A stretch of 64,000 nucleotides of DNA from Octopus vulgaris (taxonomy: Eukaryota). The position numbers and the translations under genes are program-made. The notes under the pieces were generated by a model. It was not told the DNA's origin and did not search any database. It saw nothing but the letters and a program-made list of their open reading frames with translations. The DNA lies in assembly GCA_951406725.2 (NCBI GenBank), contig OX597814.1:181536001-181600000 (forward strand), in the 5' to 3' direction. Of the stretch, positions 54,115 to 64,000 are shown piece after piece (the stretch's first letter is position 1; every line of letters begins with the position of its first letter).

Positions 54115-55413
54115 GTAAGTTAAATCTTGTGTTCTATTTTCCAATGAAATTAATGCAGTTGATGTTCAGCTTGCACATCTGTTGAAACATCTACATCAAT
54201 ATTATTTTAATATCCATTTTTCCATAGCTGGCAGAAACGTTAGCATGTCGGGCGAAATGCATAGCTGTATTTCGTCCGCTGTTATGTTCTGGGTTCAAAT
54301 CTGATAATTTGTTTCATGGAAAGTAATGTACATCATATACCCAGAGAAGTCAGAAAAATTCAACAGGAATTAATCATATTCCACCCAATGAAGTGCCCAC
54401 ACATGGCTGTTGCTGAAAAATGTTCAACAATATAGTAATTACAAAGAAGGATCTTGTATAATAGTATATGAATATAAACTCTGCAACTTAAAGTTGGTGT
54501 GCAGTATAGAAGCAAATGTTGTGATCTACTATTAAATAAAAAGCCTGTTATCTTCCATCCTCATGTTATAATATTCTCATACATCATACATATATATATA
54601 TACATATATATATACATATGTGTGTATGTATGTGTGTGTGTGTGTGTATGCATGTGCCTCTGTGTGTGTGCCTTTGTGTCTGTGTTTGTCCTTCACCACC
54701 AGCTTGACAACAGTTGCTGGTGTGTTTACATCCCCGTAACTTAGAAGTTTGGCAATAAAGACCAATAGAATAAGTACTAAGCTTGGAAAAAAATAAGCCT
54801 TTAGGTTGATTTGTGTGACTAAAATCCTTCAAGGTGGTGACCCAGCATGGCTACAGTAAAAATTGACTGAAACAAGTGAAAGATATCTACATATATAAAT
54901 TAGAAAAAAACCCACCTTTTATCAATTCAATAATGAAAAATTAAATTATACTATTTAGAAAGATTACATATTATAGAAAGATTAAATATAAGATAAAACA
55001 TTTAACGATGATTAAGTAATGTGCAAAATAATAAATAAAATGTATATATTTATGATGGACCTCATTCAGTTACTGTTGACCAAATCTACTCACAAAGCAT
55101 TAGCTGGCCCAGAACTATAGAAGACATTTGCCCAAGGTTTCATGAATTGAAACTGAACCCAGAGCCATGTGGATAAGAAGCATAACTGTTCCCTACATCA
55201 ATAGGAAAAACTTAGGCAGAAGGAATTACAAAGGGTTACAGTTTTAGGCTTGGACCTATTTTATTGGTAAATTGATTGTAATGAAATAACAAGTACAGCG
55301 GGGTTGAAATTCATCAAATGTAACTACACATTCTTATAAAATTTAGGGACCTAAGCTAAAATTTTTGAAATCATTTTTGTTAATGATGTTGCTGGTATTG
55401 TTGTTGTTTTTAG

Positions 55414-55549
55414 GTTAACCTGATTGTACTTCGTCCAACTGCCCAAGTAGTTATAGCACTAACCTTTGGTTACTATGTTATACACCCATTCTATCCTTCT
55501 TGTGAACCACCTCCTGGACTTGTGAAATTGTTGGCTGCATCCTGTATCA
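55414..55549 (+). CDS. SLC7 transporter coding exon 3 (absent from the ORF track)
   Basis: Acceptor ...gtttttag. Encodes [45 protein letters not shown], including the extracellular Cys that bonds to the SLC3 heavy chain in LAT1. GTAAGT donor at 55550, phase 0/1. Confidence 0.93.
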
Positions 55550-55943
55550 GTAAGTATCTGAAATAATTACCACACATATTCATGTAAAAGTCATTTTTCA
55601 GGCAGTGACAAGTGACAAGTGACCAAGACCTTTGGTGATACACCATGCCTGAGAAGACCTGTCAAGCCAAGTGAGATGTTATGTGACTGGCACCTGTACC
55701 GGTGCCACATAAAAGGCACCCACTACACTCTTAGAGTGGTTGGTGTTAGGAAGAGCATTCAACTATAGAATCAGGCCAAATCAAATTGGAACCTGGTGCA
55801 GCTTCCCAGTTTACCAGTTTTCAGTCAAACCATCCAATTCATGCCAGCATGGAAAACAGACATTAAATGATGATGATGATAATGATCATAGTAACAATAA
55901 TAAATATAATCCAAGGAAGGAATTTATAAATATTTAAAAATTT

Positions 55944-55993
<50 letters not shown>

Positions 55994-57481
55994 TTTGACC
56001 AGGACTGATACAATGAGGGGATGCACCAGATTCCAGTCTGATTTAGCATGTTTTCTACTGCCATATGCCTTCCTAATGTCAACCCCTCTGAGAGGTTAAT
56101 GGGTTCTTTTATGTGCCACCAGCACAGTTGCCATTTGCATGACACCAGCAACAGCCATATTGTTCAAAAGATGCTTTTTACATGCCACTGGCATTAGTAC
56201 TAGTCATGTGATACCAGCATCAACCACCGTGTGTGTGTGTGCATGCGTGTGTGTGTGTGCATGAGCGTGCGTGCGTGTGTGTATGTGTGTGTGCATGTGC
56301 GTGCATGTGTGTGTGTGTATGTGTGTATCTATATGTATGTCTGGCCCATTTAAAAGTATTCTTGATGCATTGGGTGATATCATATGCTGAGAAGACCTGT
56401 TGAGTCAAGTAAAATAAAAATCATAGCTGTGGCCAGTGCCCCCTGACTGGCTCCCATGCTGGTGGCATGCAAAAAGCACCATCTGAACGTGATCGATGCC
56501 AGTGCCCCCTGACTAGCTCCCATGCTGGTGGAACATAAATTACACCATCCGAATGTGGTTAATGCCAGTGCCCCCTGACTGGCTCCTCTGCCTGTGGCAT
56601 GTAAAAAGCACCATCCAAACGTGGTCAATGCCAAGTCCACTTCACTGGCTCCCATACCAGTGGAACATAAAAAGCACCCACTAAACTCTGAGAGTGGTTG
56701 GTATTAGGAAGAGCAGCCAGCTGTAGAAACATTGTCAGATCAGATTGGAGCCTGGTGCAGCAGCTGGCTTTCAAGACCTCAGTCAAACTGTCCAACCTAT
56801 GCCAGCATGGAAAACGAATGTTAAACAATGATGATGATGATGATGATGTATGTATGTATGATGACAGTTGTCCAACCATGACTGAGGAAGACCAATAAAT
56901 GATGATATATATATATATATATATATCATCATCATCATATGTATATATATTCTGTAAATATAATTATATGCTTAAGCTTATAAGCATTCAGCATATATTG
57001 GCTATAGAAAATAGTCTAGTATTGGGGTATATAAGTCCTCAACAGAAAAATACAAATGGATAAGTTTGCATACCTATCCCTTTTTTCTGTCAAGGCAAAA
57101 AACTCCTTGCATCCGTTTTCAACCTTATTTACATTGCTGAGCCTCCATCCATTCAAGAAATGAACCATGGCTAGGAAAAAGTGTCAATCTGATGGTGAAA
57201 GATCTGTATTATTGGCAGAGTGGGGTAACACTTCCAACCCCTGAAGTTTCTCACTTGGTCTCATTGGCAGTGTGTACTGGGGTATTGTCATGAATGCATG
57301 CATGCATGCATGTATGTATGTATGTATGTATGTATGTATGTATGTATGTATGTATGTATGTATGTATGTATGTATTAAGAGAGTTTACGAAAAAAACAAA
57401 AGACGAAGACAGGTGGTGTACAAAACAAACAGATGTATTAGTATAATGCTCAGAAATAGAAAAGGTTCTTCTTCTTTTATG

Positions 57482-57513
<32 letters not shown>

Positions 57514-58661
57514 TGTATGTATGTATGTATGTATGTGTGTATGTATTTCTAGCAATGCTGGTGCTTACTAGCACCCTCCGTCACTTTAGTGACAACTGTA
57601 CTTATTGCATATTGGTTCTAAATTGCTAATAACCACCTTAATAATTTATATATATATATATATACATACACATATATATAGATAGGTAAGAAATAGAATA
57701 TAAACTTCTTGTGTAGCAATAAACATTGTCCAAAACCCAAATTTATTTCCTTTGAAACTTGAACAAAAAGTAAATCAGTTAAAGGGAAGTCTTAAAATAG
57801 TTGTGTGTTAATTTCCTTTCTTATGAAATGGTCTGACAAATAATAAGAGACAGAGAACAAACTTATAACGTATAAGTGACAATATTGTCAGTATTTCAAC
57901 ATATTTGTTTTGAAACTTGAACAAAAAGGTAAAGTGGTCTAGAAATCGGACTCAAAATACTTGCCATGTTCTTAGAAGACCGCTTATAAACATAACTTTC
58001 AGTCAATAACTCTCTAAATTCAACTAATATATTCATTGCTTTGTTTTTTTTTCTTTTTAGCTCTTTTGTTGTTCTAGTCATTCATTCAATGGTACTTAAC
58101 TAAATAAAGCCATTTTATTGGTGGGAGGACTCTATTTTCTTTAGTTACATAACTGCAATGTGCTGAAAATATTTAAAAGAGAAAAATACCACTATTTCTC
58201 CATCACTACTACCTTAATTGTCTGTTTTACTCTTATTCTTTATGTTTTTCTTCTTTTATTTTTTTTCCTTTTCTTTCAGCCCTTCTCTTCTCTACTTTCT
58301 GCTAATTTATCTTCATCTTCCTCCCAACCCTTCTTCCTTTTCCTCCTTCTCTTCCCTCTCTTCCTCTTCTTCCCCTTTTCTTTCTCCTCCTCTTCCTCCA
58401 ACTCCTCCACATCCTCCTATTTCTCCTTCTCTTCTTCTACCTTCTATTTTAGTGAACAGTACACTAAACCCTGTAGATCAAAACAATTCTGGAGTACATG
58501 TCCATTACTTCTTTATTTACATTAATTCTTATGTCTGGTGTAGATGGCAATGATGTTAGAAAAACAAAAATACATATTTCACACTTTTATCCACATTGGT
58601 GCTTCTTGTTGTATTCCCTCCACTAACAATTCCAATTCAAATCCTTTACTCAACAATACCT

Positions 58662-59132
58662 ATTTCTTTACTACCCACAAGGGGCTAAATACAGAGAGGA
58701 CAAACAAGGACAGACAAACGGACTAAGTCAATTATATCGACCCCAGTGTGTAACTGGTACTTATTTAATTGACCCCGAAAGGATGAAAGGCAAAGTCGAC
58801 CTTGGCGGAATTTGAACCCAGAACGTAACGGCAGACGGAATACCACTAAGCATTTCACCCGGTGTGCTAACGATTCTGCCAGCTCGCCACCTCAACAATA
58901 CCTCTTTACCTTTCTGGTATTAATTAGAAGGCGGCGAGCTGGCAGAAATGTTAGCACATCATCTGCTGCTACGCTCTGAGTTCAAATTCCGCCAAGGTCA
59001 ACTTTGCTTTTCATCCTTTTGGGGTCGATTAAATAAGTACCAGTTACGCACTGGGATCAATATAATTGACTTAATCCGTCGGTCCTTGTTTGTCCTCTCT
59101 GTGTTTAGCCCCTTGTGGGTAGTAAAGAAATA
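58662..59132. mobile_element. Head-to-head pair of family-A SINEs (58662-58890 minus; 58929-59132 plus)
   Basis: Separate TSDs CTCAACAATACCT and GGTATTAATTAGAAG. Confidence 0.85.
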
Positions 59133-62000
59133 GGTATTAATTAGAAGTCTTCCAACTATGACCATCCCATCTTTTTCACACTTTGTATATTGACATATTC
59201 AATGTGGAAGCATCTACAGTAATCCCACACCATATCATGGTTCGCCTATCGTGGTTCACCTATTGCTGTTTATTATTTGAGCTTACATAGATTCCTCCAT
59301 GGTGTATGTATGTATGTATGTATGTATAATAAAATATATATTTATATATATTTATAATAAAATAAAATGCATTTATAATAAAATAAAATATATACAGATT
59401 ATAAAAATAATTTTAAAAAATATACAGTATTTATAGCCGTAGGAATGGCTGTGTGGTAAGTAGCTTGCTTACCAACCACATGGTTCCAGGTTCAGTCCCA
59501 CTACGTGGCACCTTGGGCAAGTGTCTTCTACTATAGCCTCGGGCCGACCAGAGCCTTGTGAGTGGATTTGGTAGATTTGGTAGCATTTCGCCTGGCGTGC
59601 TAACGATTCTGCCAGCTTGCCGCCTTCTGTATATCTATAAATGCAGTAATTTCAATAATACTATAATCAAGATAAGTTATAATAGTATAAGGACAAGATG
59701 TTACCATATTTTCTTCCAATTTATTTTTGCTTTTTTATTGCTTTATTTATCGTTTACACTTACCCTAATTTGTCATCATCATCATCGATTTAACATCCCC
59801 TTTTCCATACTTGCATGGGTTGGACAATTATATAATTATCACTGATTATATCATTTGATCAGATATTAAATTGTTGCAATTTAAAGTGTCTTTTAATCAA
59901 AACACATAAATCAATATATTAAATCAACTGAGAAAACAAACAGAGAAATACAGAAAGTAAATTGTAACAAAGCAACAACTCTTTCGCTAACGGCCAGGCG
60001 CCATGTCATAGTTATTTGAAAAGTTATATTTAGTTCTGAGAATCGACTGCACCATCTTTCTATCACAACACACCCACGTCGCTGTTTCATCAATGACATT
60101 GCAAGTTCTAGAAGCAAAATCCTGTTTCATGAATAACAAAAGAAGCTGGTCCTGTATAAACTTTGCTGATATAATCTTCAGAAAGATCAACTAAGATTAA
60201 ATGTTGACTGATTTTAAATTAGCTGATTTCAGTGACGTTGGCTGGGAGACACAGTAATGAAAGAATGAAGACATTGCAACAGCAACAAAACAAAAGACAC
60301 ACAAAAAAAAAAAGGAAGCAAAACAGAGAAACAAAAATAAAAAAAAAGAAGCATTTTGATGAATAATTCCTAGCTTAGTTGCAATTCAGTATGAAGAAAA
60401 GTATTGATTCCTACATAGCTAATAGCCGCTATAACTCATTTTTGATGGGAAATAATCATTCTCTGCTCCTCCGTGATTATAATTTGAGATGATGGCCTGG
60501 AAATATTCTCATTATACAAGGAATTTCTGATTGCAAACCCACCTCTGAATGATAACAGTTGACAATGATGTTTATTCCAGCACAAGGTGGTCAATGCCAT
60601 TATATTGCAACAGTTACACATATTTGAATTATGTTGTTGTAGATATTGCTGTTGTTGTTGTCATTGTCACAGTCAACTTTCTCAAAATTGCTGTTGCTGC
60701 TGTTGCTGTTGCTGTTGAGCGAAGCGGTCTTCGTCCCAGAGCTTGCAAGATCCGGCCTCTGTCGTGGGAGAAGTCCGAAACGTGGTCCTTTGCTATTCGT
60801 AAGACCCGCAGAAGAGAAAGCAGGTCAACCCCTGACACCAAGAGCATCGACGGATGAATGAATGCGCATCCAGGCTCAGCGGTTGCATAGGAAGTTGGGG
60901 ACAAGAAACAGGAAGAAAGAGTGAGAGAAAGTTGGGGTGAAAGAGTACAACAGGGGTCGCCACCACCCCCTGCCAGAGCCTCATGGAGCTTTAAGTGTTT
61001 TCGATCAATAAACACACACAACACTCGGTCTGGGAATCGAAACCTCGATCCTCCGACCGCGAGTCCGCTGCCCTAACCATTGGGCCATTGCGCCTCCACT
61101 TGCTGTTGCTGCTGCTGTTGTTACTGTTTTTTTAGCCCCAGGTCAGTTGTGAATGAACAGATCCATGATCAATAACATTCCATCCATCACCATTCTGTCT
61201 CTTTTTTCTCAGATATTGTATATCTAAGACTGCTATTTAATGTTCCTACCTGTTCCAAGCTGGAACAGGTAGGAAATTTGGCTGCTATTTCTACCAGATT
61301 GAAAGAACCATATAGAAGCTCCTTTATCAGCTTAGCTTAGTGTTGTAGTTATATCTGAAGTTTTTGTTGTTGCATTCAGTTTTATGGAATCAGAAACTTT
61401 GTTAAAATTGATACCACGAAGCCTTGAGATATTGTATTGAGTTCATTGTGTTACACTATAGTGGAATGTATTTTGACATACTGGGGTATAGCACTGCAGT
61501 AGTGAACAATTGTGTATATTATAGTGAGATATTCTGTAGTGTGATTATGTGTTGTGTACAGGGGTATTGTATTGTTACTTGTTCTGCAGTGTTGTTTGCT
61601 GTGGTAAGGTGAAGGTAGTGTAGTGAGATGTGCTTTGATCCTGTAAAATAATATTTGGTTTAGTACTGCAACAGAGTGGTGGTGGTGGTGGTGGTTCTGC
61701 TGCTGCTGGTGGTGGTACTGGTGCTGTTTTTGTTGTTAAGCAACAAGACAGGTAAGGGTGATTAGGTGATGGTCCAGGGCTTATGGGCAGGAGACCCCAG
61801 ACCTTGGAAAAAAAAAATTTGGTCGTCTTGTAGTTAAGGGCTCTTCGTTGATGCCCGACACCACTGGGGGGGTGGCCCTCGAAGTCGCCGGAAATGGAGA
61901 TCACCAAGTCCAAATTCTTGAACGGCTGGTACTGCTGCTGGTGCCGGTGGTGCTGTGCTGCTGATGATGATGCTGATGATGCTGATACTGATGACGATGT

Positions 62001-62035
<35 letters not shown>

Positions 62036-62966
62036 CTTTGGTTGTTTTGTTGTCATAGTCAAGCAAACTTATAGCATGTAGATGGAGTTCAACATTTTTA
62101 TAATTGTCCATTTTTTTTCACATCAATCATAGTCCCACATGTATATATACCTTACATCTATAAAAATATATCCTCATATTCCCTTGGCATTTCCATCATG
62201 GGCAAAATCCATGTGAACAAAAATTTAACAAATTGTACCACTAAAGACAATCTAAAAACCATCAACTTCTCAATGGCCACAAATACATTAAATTTTTAAA
62301 TTATATACAAATGTTAAATACCCACAAGGAGCAGCTCAGTGGCTCACCTGTGGGCCACAACTTACCTGTTACCAAGCCCTGATGTATATCGTCATGTGTT
62401 GGCAAACAATTAAATTATTAGATGTGGTACAGTGTGGTATTGTGTAGTATATAGCAGAGGTGTGTTGTTTGGTGTAGTGCAGTGAGATGTAGTGAAATGC
62501 ACAGAATGCAGTTTAGTGCTGTGTAATGTGATATGATTGGTTTAGTACTATGACAATGTAGTATTATGTAATGTTGTTATGCGGTGTGGCAAAGTACAGT
62601 GTGCTGGATTGTTTGGTAGTGTGGTGTAGTACTAGAGCATGTACTGTGGTGAGATTGATATGTGATACAGAGGAACAGTATTTAGACATTGAAGACAATT
62701 CAGAGTTTTCTCTCTTGCAGTGCACAGAGCTGATGATAGCCAATTAGTTAGAAATGTATTCACAGTTCTGCCAAAGAAGCGTGCCTTGATATGATCATTG
62801 GTGTTTTTCAACACCTATTGCATAAAACAGGAAAGGTTATCCATGGCAAATTAGCAGTGAATACAGCCTTTGTACAAGTTAAATATGTCCCAAACATATC
62901 TTTTAGTTGTTTGTTTATTTAGATACCATATTTTTCAATTGACAAATTGTTTTCTCCTATTTTCAG

Positions 62967-63092
62967 GCATTTTAACAATTATCAATGTACTGAGTGTACG
63001 GGCAGCAATGAGAATACAAGATGTGTTCACCACAGCAAAAATATTGGCTCTTGTGATAATCATAGTGGCTGGTGTAGTCCAGCTTGCTAGAG
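62967..63092 (+). CDS. SLC7 transporter coding exon 4
   Basis: Acceptor ...attttcag. Encodes (S)ILTIINVLSVRAAMRIQDVFTTAKILALVIIIVAGVVQLAR(G). GTAAAT donor at 63093, phase 1/1, in frame with exon 3. Confidence 0.94.
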
Positions 63093-63767
63093 GTAAATCT
63101 ATTATTAATTATTTACTTTTATATTTCACTTGGTGACTAAGTGTTGTCCAAAGATCCAGTCATTGCATGTATTGATAGCAAGAGTAACAAGGGAGTATGT
63201 GTGCAACATGGTATAGATCAAATATCACCAGGAATTTCATTCAAAAAGTTCCAGTTTTTCATTTTTATTATCTATTTTTATATCTTTCACTAATATACTT
63301 CAGCAAAAGATATCCAAATGTCACTTACAAGGCATCAATCAACTCTAGGCTTTGGTATAAGGGACCTTGCACTAGGATCAAACCTCCGAATCAAATGGTT
63401 ATGAAACAAAATGCTTAAGTATACAACTAACTATATTTCATCTCATTTAATATCATTCAAACACTATCAAAGGCCATGTGTCTGAACAATTAATGAACTA
63501 AGCCAACACATTTTTTTAATATAACTGATTTTATATAGCTTCTGTCAAGAAAAGGTAAAGACAAATGTTACTCTCAATATGCTGGTTGAGCAAATAATGT
63601 TAGGAAGGTATATATATGTAAAAAAAAAAACATAGGTAAAATATTTCCTGCATTATCATTATTGTTTTAATACATGTTTTTTGATGTTGTTTTGTTTCAA
63701 TAAATTACTAATATAAATTACTTCACATATTTCTTCTCAAAAATCAGTAACTTGTTTTCTTTCTTAG

Positions 63768-63867
63768 GTGAAGTGCAGTTTTTTAAAGAACCATTTGAAG
63801 GCACAAGTATGAGTGCAACAAAAATATCCCTGGCATTTTATTCTGGACTCTACTCCTATTTTGGATG
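63768..63867 (+). CDS. SLC7 transporter coding exon 5 (gene continues beyond the window)
   Basis: Acceptor ...ttcttag. Encodes (G)EVQFFKEPFEGTSMSATKISLAFYSGLYSYFG(W), the TM6 region. GTATGC donor at 63868 splits the Trp codon (phase 2). Confidence 0.92.
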
Positions 63868-64000
63868 GTATGCACTTTTCTCAACCATATATTTTTATAG
63901 TTTTATAGACTCAAAATATTTTTACCCACTCTTTTAAGCAGAAGCTTTAACTAGTATAAATCATCCAAAAAGTTCTGTTAACATCAGCCAAAATTTCACC

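Overview
This is eukaryotic, AT-rich, microsatellite- and transposon-dense DNA. The repeat families look like those of an octopus (coleoid cephalopod), which is an inference. One clear host gene lies on the + strand: an SLC7-family (LAT/HAT light chain) amino-acid transporter. Five coding exons join in frame (21358-21552, 53956-54114, 55414-55549, 62967-63092, 63768-63867), the first coding intron is about 32 kb, and the gene continues past the window. The rest is mobile DNA: tRNA-derived SINEs (including multimeric ones with target-site duplications), mariner/Tc1, Tigger, Chapaev3-like, hAT and Merlin-like MITEs, R4/Dong-like, HERO-like, CR1-like and Penelope-like retroelements, and a solo LTR. 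The most unusual signal is a set of minimal type I hammerhead-ribozyme motifs (CUGANGA...GAAAC-palindromic loop-GUA). Several sit in long fold-back elements next to (TA)n tracts inside the SLC7 intron, near a Penelope-like element. Nearly all other ORFs in the supplied track are microsatellite or transposon artefacts.
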